Part shown: positions 45,450 to 56,553 of the stretch, one piece after another | Numbering within the stretch: the stretch's first letter is position 1 | Layout: the number at the start of each line of letters is the position of its first letter | DNA from: Nemertoderma westbladi | Taxonomy: Eukaryota; Animalia; Xenacoelomorpha | Reading direction: 5' to 3' | DNA: 64,000 nt | Assembly (NCBI GenBank): GCA_032718475.1 | Contig: JAUCBJ010008482.1 | Location: 19,175 to 83,174, forward strand | Notes under the pieces: model-generated | The model's database searches: none | The model's input: the letters and a program-made list of their open reading frames with translations, nothing else | Told to the model about the DNA's origin: nothing | Program-made: the position numbers and the translations under genes

Positions 45450-48281
45450 TTAGAGTTTAATATAAACCAAACAGTTACGGACAGTTTCGTAAACAAATAA
45501 TCCTTTATTGGTTCCAACAGCCAACCCACCGAACCCGTCTACCGGCACCGCACCCAATCGGGATACTTTACTTCCATCATCAACCCAATCATAAACACCG
45601 ACATATTGTTTATCATCTTCTTCTAAAGGAACTAAGTAATAAAATCCGCCTTGGCACAGCCACTTCACTCTCCCGATAGGGACGGATTTACCGCAATCTA
45701 GAACGTTTAGCGTTATATTCAATACGAGGGGAACGTTGGGGTTGAAGCCGCGAACGTTATAGATGCAGACGGATATCTTCCGTTCGTTGGGTTGGAATAG
45801 ATAGGCGGTTAATGTGTTGTAGAGGTAGCAGATACTGGTACCAATAAGTCTCCCGGGTTGATCGACACGGGAAATCCAACTAATCGAACAATCGTTTGTG
45901 TTAAATCGAATTATGTAATTATATTCAGTAATTACCATTACATAAGGATTCCAATACCATGATACCCCAGTTATAGACCCTAGAGGTCTACCGAGGTGTC
46001 TCTCGTTACCCAGACAACGATGTCGGACTTTCCCTCCAACCGCCTCTGTATCTATAAGAAACAGACAAACATCCGTCGCGGCGATCCAGATTGTATCGCT
46101 GCAACCCTCCAAGAATAGAATCGGTTCCTTTGCGGCGTTGCAGTCGCTTTTTACCCCCACTGGTTCTCTACGTGGAGACAAAGAATCGTCGGCGTTGACG
46201 TTATAGAAACAGATCCTGTTGGTTACGGAGTCGGTTATCCCCAGGATCCCGTCGCCATAACAACCAATCGGACCGACTTTACCGATTCCCATTCTCCGAC
46301 AATCGATCCGACAACTTTCCTTTAGAGTCGGACGTTTTAGTAAAACTTTCTCGTATTGGAAGAGATCAAATCGCCTCTCCATTTCAACCCCCACTGGATC
46401 CCCCACCTTCTTCAGTTTCCCTGAATCCTCCACCTTCTCTACCCCCACTGGATCCCCCACCTTCACCAGCTCACCCACCTTATCCAGCCCCATTGGATCC
46501 CCCACCACTCCTAGCTCCACTGGATTCCCCACCTTCTCCGTCCCCACTGGATCTGGATCCCCCACCTTCTCCGGCCCAAATGGATCCCCCACCCCCTCCA
46601 GCTCCACTGGATCCCCCATCTTCCCCAGCCCCACTGGATCCTCTACCTTCTCAAACCCCACTGGATCCCCTACCTTCTCCAGCCCCACTGGATCCTCTAC
46701 CTTCTCTAACCCCACTGGATCCCCCACCTTCACCAGCTCTCCCACCTTATCCAGCTCCATTGGATCCCCCACCACTCCTAGCTCCACTGGATTCCCCACC
46801 TTCTCCGTCTCCACTGGATCTGGATCCCCCACCTTCTCCGGCCCAAATGGATCCCCCACCTCCACTGGATCCTCTACCTTCTCAAACCCCACTGGATCCC
46901 CTACCTTCTCCAGTCCCACTGGATCCTCTACCTTCTCTAACCCCACTGGATCCCCCACCTTATCCACCCCCACTGGATCCTCCACTTTCTCCAGCTCCCC
47001 TGGATCCCCCACCTTCCTAAGCCCCTCTGGATCCCCCACCTTCCCCAGCCCCAATGGATCCCCCACCTTCTCCACACCCACTGGATTCTCCACCTTCTCC
47101 CCTGGATCCCCCGCCTTCCTAACCCCCACTGGATCCCCCACCTTCCCCAGCCTCCCTGGATCTCCCACCTTCTCCATCTCCTCTGGATCCCTCCCCTTCT
47201 CTCCTAAATCCCCTCTATTTACGACACAAACACGACCGATAAACCCTCCCAACCCCTTTGGTAACTCGACTGGAACGAAACGTACTTCCGGCACCGCAAC
47301 AAGTTCAACCTCAGAGATCTGCTGCTCGATTTCTTTGTATTTCTTTAGGATCTTCTTGGCTTCCGGTATTTCTTTGATCAACTCGGAATTCTTTATCTTC
47401 TTATAATATTCGTTTTCTTCAGGAATTCCAATATCAGCGAGATTTTCTTTTGCTGCGGATATTTTACCCGCCGTTTCGGTTTTTAGATCCCCAATCTCCT
47501 TCATCATCGCATCTTCAGCCGCCTTTAATTCGTTGTATAAACATTGGAAGTGTTTGCGGACGTCGTCGGTGGAAACTTCAGTGACGTCGTCTAAATCCTC
47601 CAGAATTCCTTCCAACACTGTTAGTTTATTCTCCAATCGCGACCTTAACTTCCACGGACCGTCTACTAAGTTTCCTCGGATTGTTTGACAGACTTCGTTT
47701 GAATACAAAATCTCGTGATCTTTAGAAACACCGTCAACTGAATGGCATTGTCGGCATACAAGAGATTCGCATTTCTCGCAATAATGACGTTTGTTTCGAC
47801 CGTGGATTCCACACAGATCCGGATCCGGTTCTTTAGATCCACCAACTGCTCCTTGTTTTTCCAGGTCGATGTCGTCAAAGCTGCATCCCGCCTGTCCACC
47901 CGCTGCTGCCGAATCAGTTTGGTTAACATCATCACAGACATGGAAGAGTTCACACGGTCTGCACAATTCTGTCCCGCAATCTTTACAGGGATTAGTTCCT
48001 TTATTTTTTCGACATCCCTCACATATCTTATCTTTGCGAATCAAATCGATCATTGAAGATATAATATGATTGACGACCGGCATCAATTCGAGTTTCTTCA
48101 CTTCGGTGGGATTCCTACACCGCGGACATTCTATCGATAGTCCATCACCGAGTTGTTTAGAAACTTTAGCGATACATTTGAAGCAAAACGAGTGAGAACA
48201 CTTCAACACTCGCGGGTTCTCCAATAATCGTAGACAAATAGAACATTCCAACTCTCGTTCCAGTAATTGTTCTTGTTCCAT
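45450..48281 (-). CDS. Intronless TRIM/RBCC E3 ubiquitin ligase-like protein, 943 aa
   Basis: RING (CSIC...CSHSFCFKC...CPRC), B-box1 (CEGC...CKDC...CRPC...H), B-box2 (CGIH...CEKC...CRQC...H), coiled coil, ~30 nine-residue EKVGDPVGL repeats, then a beta-rich (propeller-like) C-terminus. Confidence 0.9.
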   Translation of the reverse strand: MEQEQLLERELECSICLRLLENPRVLKCSHSFCFKCIAKVSKQLGDGLSIECPRCRNPTEVKKLELMPVVNHIISSMIDLIRKDKICEGCRKNKGTNPCKDCGTELCRPCELFHVCDDVNQTDSAAAGGQAGCSFDDIDLEKQGAVGGSKEPDPDLCGIHGRNKRHYCEKCESLVCRQCHSVDGVSKDHEILYSNEVCQTIRGNLVDGPWKLRSRLENKLTVLEGILEDLDDVTEVSTDDVRKHFQCLYNELKAAEDAMMKEIGDLKTETAGKISAAKENLADIGIPEENEYYKKIKNSELIKEIPEAKKILKKYKEIEQQISEVELVAVPEVRFVPVELPKGLGGFIGRVCVVNRGDLGEKGRDPEEMEKVGDPGRLGKVGDPVGVRKAGDPGEKVENPVGVEKVGDPLGLGKVGDPEGLRKVGDPGELEKVEDPVGVDKVGDPVGLEKVEDPVGLEKVGDPVGFEKVEDPVEVGDPFGPEKVGDPDPVETEKVGNPVELGVVGDPMELDKVGELVKVGDPVGLEKVEDPVGLEKVGDPVGFEKVEDPVGLGKMGDPVELEGVGDPFGPEKVGDPDPVGTEKVGNPVELGVVGDPMGLDKVGELVKVGDPVGVEKVEDSGKLKKVGDPVGVEMERRFDLFQYEKVLLKRPTLKESCRIDCRRMGIGKVGPIGCYGDGILGITDSVTNRICFYNVNADDSLSPRREPVGVKSDCNAAKEPILFLEGCSDTIWIAATDVCLFLIDTEAVGGKVRHRCLGNERHLGRPLGSITGVSWYWNPYVMVITEYNYIIRFNTNDCSISWISRVDQPGRLIGTSICYLYNTLTAYLFQPNERKISVCIYNVRGFNPNVPLVLNITLNVLDCGKSVPIGRVKWLCQGGFYYLVPLEEDDKQYVGVYDWVDDGSKVSRLGAVPVDGFGGLAVGTNKGLFVYETVRNCLVYIKL
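46383..47200 (-). repeat. Coding 27-bp minisatellite within the TRIM gene
   Basis: Unit approx CCCCACTGGATCCCCCACCTTCTCCAG (plus strand). A higher-order duplication of a ~90-codon block is visible in the protein. Confidence 0.92.
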
Positions 48282-48959
48282 TATCAGATCAGATAGTAGG
48301 CCTACTGCATACTGGCATACTGCTACTGATCAGCTCACTGTCTGTGTTGCTGTGTTGTGTTGTACTGCTGTACTGACTGTTGAGCTGTGTGGGTTGATCG
48401 ATTGATTTTTATACATACTGCACGCACATTACTTAATAGGCCTATAGGCAATAGGCCTATATACATAAATCCTAATTTACAGGTAATTTATTTTACATTG
48501 TTTTAAGTAAATCGGGCTGTCCAATTACTGTAAATCAGTAAATTAATGGACGGCAGGATAATATATGTTTAAAATTATATAATAAAATTGACTTGCCTAG
48601 GTAACATAAATGGTCTAATTCTGTACAGTAGTTTACAATAAATCACGTGTATATGGTATTAAACTTGAAATAAAATTAACTTTACGGTTTAAAATATATC
48701 AGTTACGTAGCTACAGTTTAAAAAGTAGTATCACATACCTCGGGTAAAATTTATTTGACAGGGTACAATAAAATATGAACACGTAGTTTAAAATTTATCA
48801 CATATGTACAGTAAAATTAACTCGAAGTATCAGTATAATTTTATACAATAAAACAAGGTACAGTAGACAAAAGATAAAACAAGGTAGAACAGAAAATAAA
48901 ACAAGAAAAATAAAAAATAAAAAAACAAGTAGAATATATGCAATATTCGAATAAAATGG

Positions 48960-50900
48960 AGGGATAGCCTTATGAGGCTTTACCTCGTTTCCATAAGGTC
49001 CCTGTGCTCTATGCGGCAGACAGTATGAGACAAGGAGACTGCTCTTGCAATGGGTCTGCTGGAGGACGATTCAGAGTGGACCCAGGCCCTACAGGAAACT
49101 GCAAACTTTGGGTCAGCTAGGCAGATCAGGTCCTGCTTTGCAATCATCCTCCAATACTGTGAACCAACCGAGCCCGAAAAGCTGTATGACAAGTTCATGA
49201 TAGACAAGGGGATCATGGACAAGGTCATGATTATATATAAGATGAAAGTAAACATAGAAACTGCAGCTGAGAGGACGTTGATCTTCATGTGGTTGGTGAT
49301 AAAATATTAAATTGTCTGAACGAGGAGCTTTGTCATATGGGGTAGGTTCCCTGCTACAATGCCAAAACCCCGCCCCTTGACTGAAAATGAAAAAATCGCC
49401 AGAATATTTCAGGACGAGACCTACATTGTGGAGAAACAAATGGAAATTGAAAAGGCGATCCCCTTCTTAACAACGAACAGATAAACCTCTGTGAAAAAAT
49501 ATATTATGCAGTCCACGCATCTGCGGCGAGCCTCTCCAAAAGCAATTTGTGGTAAACTCTCCAGGGGGTATGGCTAGCACTGACTGCACTGGCTTGGCTG
49601 CCCAGAATCCAGAGGGAGCCCGAACAGCCCACTCAAGGTTTAAAATTCCAATTCCAATATTTGAAGACTCTACATGTAATATAAAGTCACGGACTCCTCT
49701 AGCTAAGTTGATCAAGGCCAGTCAATTTATTATCTGGGATGAAATCTTCAGTGTTCATCGTTTCATTGTTGAGTGCGTAGAGATAACATTGAGAGATCTT
49801 ATGGATAGTGATGAGCCTTAGGGTGGAAAGGTAGTCTGTCTAGGCGGGGACCCAAGGCAGACCACTCCTGTTGTCAAACGTAACCACAAATAGTACGAGC
49901 CTGTATCCAGATGTCTCCATCTCCACTATACACTGACATGAAGGAGCATAAACTGACGATCAACATGAGAACAGACTCAGATCAGCTGGAGTTCTCTAAC
50001 TATTTATTGAGGTTAGGAGAGGGCACAGAGAAAACGTACGAGGATACTGAGGACAGAGTGAAAATTCCACAGGGGTACCGCACAGAGAGCTTGGCAGACC
50101 TCATAGAATGCACTTTTTCCAGTTTAGAGAGTGGCTGTAATGGGTCAGAAAATCTAATAGCAGGTACTATATCCACTCCACTGAACAGGGATATGAAGGA
50201 CATCAATAATTACTGTGTTGATAAGTATACTGGAGAAATAAAAGAGTATCTATCTGTCGACAACATTCTTGAGGATAATCATAAGGACTCCCTACCAACG
50301 GAGTTTCTCAACTCTCTAATTCCCTCTGGCATGCCATATTACCGATTGCTCCTTAAAGTAGGTTGTCCGGTTATGTTGCTGCGTAACCTTCAAGCGGGCC
50401 CCAACCGCAGCCTCAGGAACGGAACTCGAATGATTTTGTTTCAACTGATGGGAAGAGTTATTGAATGTGAGATCGCAGTTGGGACCAATAAGGGACAACG
50501 GGTAGTTATTCCATGAATTCCCCATCATGACCGGAGCAATGACTTCCCTCTCACCATGGTCAAGAGACAATTCCCACTACGGTAAGACATATAGATAGAT
50601 ATGTTTTCTTACAAGATTCAAAATTTTGGTATAATAATAGAAACTGATTCGCATGATGTTAATGATATTTTTTATGTTATTTGTACATTTTTCCAGACTA
50701 GCTTTTCGTTTTACCATAAATAAAGGACAGGGACAGGAGAATGAACGAGTTGGTGTATAACTTCCAACTTCTGTTTTCTCTCATGGACAACTACAGTATA
50801 CACATCACATTGCAGGAACAAGAGGAAGAAGGACGTTAAAGTTACTAGATAATGATGAAGGTTTTACCGACAACATTGTTTTCAAAGTGTTAATCTAAAT
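48960..50900 (+). pseudogene. Helitron PIF1-like helicase region
   Basis: ALAMGLLEDDSEW, RTAHSRFKIPI, IIWDE, GGDPRQTTPV, LTINMR, EFLNSLIPSGMP..LLLKVGCPVMLLRNL, RQFPLR, then an intron, then LAFRFTINKGQGQ and VFSHGQL. The P-loop GTGKT is deleted; several stops. Confidence 0.92.
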
Positions 50901-51056
50901 GTCTTATCTATACTATAGGTGCAATGCTATATTTATATTTAATATGTTCAATAGATTACAGTGTTGCTGTGTGAAGCTCCATCCAGTGTTCCAAATAATG
51001 TTAAGTTTTTATTTTTTTTACACCTAAACATATTAGTTAACTTAAAGTATCTGGTT

Positions 51057-51083
51057 GCGCGCCGAAGGCGCGCTTCCAACTAA
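51057..51083 (+). other. Helitron 3' terminal hairpin and CTRR end
   Basis: GCGCGCC-GAA-GGCGCGC (51057-51073) then CTAA (51080-51083) followed by T, about 160 bp after the helicase end. Confidence 0.75.
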
Positions 51084-52017
51084 TCTAATGGTATAATCGA
51101 GAACACCGTATCTACTCTAGTTCTCGAGATATTCAATGTAGAAAGGCCGTAAGTGACAACATATGTATATGGTACAATGGTAAAAGACCGTAAGTGCAAT
51201 ACAAAAGACCGCAAATACTTAAATTTATGCAAAAAACCGTGAGTCACAAGACTTGCGGTGTTTTGTCATTGCATAGATAATAAGAAAACGCACATACGGT
51301 TTTATTGAAATATGCCTCTTTTGACTTGCGGTTTTTACTATTAGCAGAAAAGGCGCGAAATTCAAACTTGAAATTTCACCAAGTGACTTGCGGTGTTTTA
51401 TCATCATATAGCTCTATGGCTACGGAACAACCTGCCGACTAATGAATAGACATTGCAATTGCATTAAGATAAACCCCAAGTAAACGTAAGCTACATTTTA
51501 ATTTTTAATTAGGATTATCCTTGTGGCGATAACGAGTTTTGTTCTCATATGATATATTCGTATTGTTGATTAATGATAATAGTAATAACACCAAGAGGAA
51601 TTCAAGTGGATAAGATATCTAAGATTGTTCAGTCTCTTTGCCCATTAATGCCTGTAAATCGACGGCAATTTTGGTTCGATTGCCTTGCAGGAGCAAATTG
51701 TGACATTGTCAATCTAGGTAACGAACGGGATGCCCTGGAGCTAGGTACTGAGGCTGATTGTAATTCATCATAAAACGAATAATTAGAATAAACAATAATT
51801 CGTATAAAAGTCGTATAACACACTCTGGTTATGTTTTTATATTGTACGGGGGGGGGGGGGGGGGGGATCTGTTGTATCTTGGAGAGATCTGTTGTATGCA
51901 TTTTCATAAATTACCTGAAGAAGCCGTGATGGGAGAAAGCTTGTACTAACTTGTTATTAATTCCATTTAGTCACCTGAGGTCAACCCGCCCTACCATAAC
52001 TAAGAACCCCTTATTAA

Positions 52018-52807
52018 CGGGAGATGGTAACCCCAGAACTTTTCAAAAATTGAAAAATTTTCGAAATTTTTTTTTATTAATTCTAAATCAGAATTTAACG
52101 TCATCAAACATTAAAACATGTATTAGAAATAAAATCATCGAATAGGAAAACCCATATATCTGAAATTTTATTCAGGTGATATGCCTCCTTATATTTTGAC
52201 TGACAGACAGACAGACATAAAAACAGACATTCTAGGTTCAGTCAAATATTAAAATTGACATCGGAATTGGAATCAGCGACTAGGAAAACCCCTAAATCGT
52301 AAATTTTTAGTTCGCTGGAGTAGTTTATTATATTTTGGCTTATTTTTGAAATTTCCCGCGTTTTACATAGAATTAGCGGGAAGGTTTGAAAACTTAAAAT
52401 ATGTTTTTATCAGCATCTTATTTTTCGTGAAATTTCGAAATAATTGTACCTTTTTCTCGAGAATGGCTTGATGGAATTAGCTGAAATTTTCGCAGCAGGT
52501 TTGTTGTATTGAGACACAATTGTGGAACCTCTAAAAACATGTTTAAAACAATTATCAAATGTATTTCTAATATAAACTTGAAAATGTGCCATTTTTTGGT
52601 TTTTGGTCAATTAAGTGACCCTCAAACATAGACACAAAAAAAATTTCAAATTTTTTTAGGTTCCAGGTGTGTCTCGATAGTTACTCAGCCCTTCTGGAAA
52701 TTTTCATGAAATTCCATCTTGTAGAACCTGCGTAATGGGTCGTCCTACATACTGTAATATGTGTTAATAGTAAAATGTATGGGGATAGCCTGGGATACCA
52801 TCTCCCC
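52018..52807. mobile_element. Non-autonomous TTAA-targeting TIR element (Kolobok-like)
   Basis: TTAA|CGGGAGATGGTAACCCCAG ... CTGGGATACCATCTCCCC|TTAA. TTAA at 52014-52017 and 52808-52811. Confidence 0.75.
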
Positions 52808-53586
52808 TTAAGTGCTTTAAGTGAGATCAAAATGTAAAAAAGTTATAATGTTAAGTCCAGCCAGAGGCTTACCAACAGTCAACAGTCATTATTCTACCAA
52901 ACATTTTTTTTTTTTTGTCATTGTATCGAATGTATTTACATGCAGGTTGTACAATGCAAAAACACCGTAACAAAAAATAACCCTGAAGTTAAAATATTAA
53001 TGGAAAGCGAAAACTAATCAGGTACACAAATTTCCCACCACCATTTGCGTCGGGTTATAAAAAAATAGTAATTTACGGACATTTTAAACCAATAATCTGA
53101 ATGCAACAGTAATTTGCGTTTTACTCGAAATGACTTTTTGTGACTTGCGGTCTTTTTACATTGCACGACAGATCTGATTTATCCTCATCCACCCATTGAC
53201 CCATACCCATTGATTAATCCATCGTAGTCTTACTGTATTTAGTACTGGTGTTTCGTTCTGATTGGCTGTTGTGCTCATGTCTGGTGACCATACCGTAGTA
53301 CCTACCTACAGCCTACAGGATATATTGTAATAATTAATTTTGTATAATTAAGCATAACTTTTATATCATCTTAAGTTACTTCGTTGTGTAGCTAAGACAG
53401 CCTTTAATCACAGTAGGTCTGATATTTTCACCGCTACGTTAATAAATGCATTATCGCTGTATGTTATTATTTAGTTGTTATTAATTACTATTATTGAACA
53501 TAGTGAATGGAGAAAACACTGGAGACGAGATAAAATCGCGCCCTTTTCGATTCTTGGTGAGTGCCAACCTGCAGCATTAATTTACA

Positions 53587-53621
<35 letters not shown>

Positions 53622-53779
53622 GATCTTTGTTCAAACCCACTGTGCGTGTATTTATTTGTATGTTACCCAGTACTGTAATACTGTATTATTCCCGAACTGA
53701 GCAACATAATGTATTAACAATGTGCAGCGATAATAACGCATCTACAATGCGCGTGCAGCGTGCACTTACCCTACACTAC

Positions 53780-54622
53780 TGGGGTCGGCGCTACTCCTAT
53801 CTGCTACCCGGTGGTAGGTGTGGGCGCTACTCCTATCTGCTACCCGAGGATAGGGGTGGGCGCTACTTTTATCTGCTACCCGAAGGTAGGGGTGGGCGCT
53901 AAACTCCTATCTGCTACCCGAAGGTAGGGGTGGGCGCTACTCCTATCTGCTACCCGAGGGTATAGGGGTGGGCGCTACTCCTATCTGCTACCCGAAGGTA
54001 GGGGTGGGCGCTATTCCTATCTGCTACCCGAAGGTAGGGCTGAGCGCTACTCTATCTGCTACCCGAAGGTAGGGGTGGGCGCTACTCCTATCTGCTACCC
54101 GAAGGTAGGGGTGGGCGTTACTCCTATCTGCTACCCGAAGGTAGGGGTGGGCGCTACTCCTATCTGCTACCCGGTGGTAGGTGTGGGCGCTACTCCTATC
54201 TGCTACCCGAGGGTATAGGGGTGGGCGCTACTCCTATCTGCTACCCGAAGGTAGGGGTGGGCGCTACTCCTATCTGCTACCCGAAGGTAGGGGTGGGCGC
54301 TACTCCTATTTGCTACCCGAAGGCAGGGGTGGGCGCTAAACTCCTATCTGCTACCCGAGGGTAAGTGTGGGCGCTACTCCTATCTGCTACCCGGTGGTAG
54401 GGGTGGGCGCTAAACTCATATCTGCTACCCGAAGGTAGGGGTGGGCGCGGCTAAACTCCTATCTGCTACCCGAGGGTAGGGGTGGGCGCTACTTCTATCT
54501 GCTACCCGAAGGTAGGGGTGGGCGGGGCGCTACTCCTATCTGCTACCCGAAGGTAGGGGTGGGCGCTAAACTCATATCTGCTACCCGAGGGTAGGGGTGG
54601 GCGGGGGCGCTACTCCTACCCC
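53780..54622. repeat. 36-bp GC-rich minisatellite, ~23 copies
   Basis: Unit GTAGGGGTGGGCGCTACTCCTATCTGCTACCCGAAG. ACCCGAAG recurs at 54061 and 54097. Confidence 0.95.
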
Positions 54623-56553
54623 AAGTTTTCCTCCCAGTAATTAAATTATCTGGTCCTCATTTTATCGAATGCAGGTTGACTCTGATCAACCAACCGAACT
54701 ACCCCGCTAAATGAAATGAAAGACTTTGTCACGGTTATCCTGCAGATCTGACTACAGTGAACTTAGCTAACAACCCTAGCGAACCGGTGAACGTACAGTA
54801 GATAGATATAATGATATATATTCCCTAGGTAGGCACTTCACTCCAATCATTGTCTATTTTACAACTTTTTTAAAAACTGTCTAGTGTCTAGTCTAATAAG
54901 TTCTGCATGTCGAAGGTCTTCCATGAATAATAAATCATACGCCAGTAGCTGTCTGTATATTGTTTAAATTAAATACGAACGAACAATGTATCATAATGCA
55001 TTATGTACAAACAAGCACCAAAGAGACATATAAAAAACAATTAAATATTATAAAATATAGACCTGCACAATCAAGAACGAGGCACCAAAAATTAAAAAAA
55101 TAACGAAATGTATAAAGATTCCATATTACAAATAATACTCTATGTAGAAGGATTGTTATAATTATGGACTATATAGTTGATATACGATTATAGTATTAGT
55201 GATTATAGTGTGATGATATGAATGGTTTTTTCCGCATTGTAGCGAAGTACTCGTAACTCTAGTACAATGCAACATTACGAAACTAATTCATAGTAAACTC
55301 TCGTTGTTAAAAATGTGTAAGTTGGGAAGAATTCATTAAATTTTATCGTAACTGTATAATAAATTGTATCCTAGACTAAAAAGTTATTGCAAGTTTTAGC
55401 GTTTACATATACGAATTTAGCTCTAAACTGTCGCTGTACTACTGTGTTGCTGTACTGCCTCTGCTATTGAAAAGATAATTCAATAAATCACAAATGTGTC
55501 CATGGGGGCTGTACTCATCGCAGCATTGGAACTAAATTAATGAAATAAAAATAATAAAAAAATAGCAACACAGAAAGAATCAATAAAATGACACAAAGAC
55601 AAACTGAATATAAAAAAAATCAATAAAAATAACATAATAAACTATAAATAATTATTGGTTTTGAACGAACAGTAAACAAAAAGCAAAAATTAATGATAAA
55701 CACAAATAATTTAGCCGAATAATATAACAAGCACATTAGTTCAATATATATTGCTTTATAGAAGGATTAACACTATAAACTATTAATTGCACAAGAAAAA
55801 GGCACCAGAGTTGATTGAATTTGATATATAATATAAAACTAACACATTTACCACTTTAATTAATTATAATTAATTTTCGAATCTCACACAAATACTTTAA
55901 ATGATATGTTAAATTATTCTTAGAATTGCCTTTCTATTGGTTATTTGGTAAGGTTTCATTTAGTACTTAATATTGTCCTTTATATCCCGCCGGGAGAAAA
56001 AGTGACCCATATAAAATCATGTGAATTACTTTTCCCCTACTCCCAGCACGATAGTACATGCAGTGACTGAGTTTTACGGTTTGCTGCAGTTTTCGGGGAG
56101 GAGGAAAGGCAATTTAAGAATTCACACGTATTCTACTATATAAGAACTACATGAAAATAATAATTAGCTTAATTTCACTTATCACCTCTTGACGTATAGT
56201 AGTTGACCTCGTTCGATACGCAGCTCGGCAATAATACACATCTTGGGGTTAGCGGAAAAAACTCTTTGTTTCCATGTAACAGATATTTACTAAGTACAGT
56301 ATGAGACTAGAAATAAAGGAAAATGCTTCCAGTTGAAGAAGGACAGAATGGAAAGAGAAGGACATATTAAAATAAAAAATAAAAGTGCCAAAACCGTGAA
56401 CAAACTAGATTTTTCACAAAACGCAGAAAACTAAGAGGAAATTTACTGCGTTTCAACATAATAAAAACCCGACACTCAAACGCAATTTGTTAAATTACAA
56501 AAAATATTTTCATTGCGTTTCGGGTTTGCGATCGCCACAGTAAATTCTTTACC

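Larger units (their letters stand above)
29493..51083 (+). mobile_element. Decayed intron-containing Helitron with large internal insertions or cargo
   Basis: Collinear, non-overlapping RepHel pieces: N-terminus 29493-30095, Rep 39703-40265, 40567-40590 and 40764-42066, helicase 48960-50900. 3' hairpin followed by CTAA|T at 51080-51084. 5' TC end not identified. Confidence 0.65.

Noticed and set aside
46493-47020. Pro-rich extensin-like ORF on the plus strand
   Set aside because: Antisense shadow of the TRIM 27-bp coding repeat.
51640-51760. Minus-strand GIPFVT*IDNVTICSCK resembling a cystine-knot C-terminus
   Set aside because: It contains a stop, is very short, and no supporting upstream exon was identified.
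18667-53620. Long poly-C/poly-G tracts (18667, 19316, 27090, 51847, 53589)
   Set aside because: Simple homopolymers, length unreliable in assemblies, with no consistent context.
53780-54622. 36-bp palindromic repeats as a possible CRISPR array
   Set aside because: Units are head-to-tail with no unique spacers, there are no cas genes, and the context is eukaryotic.
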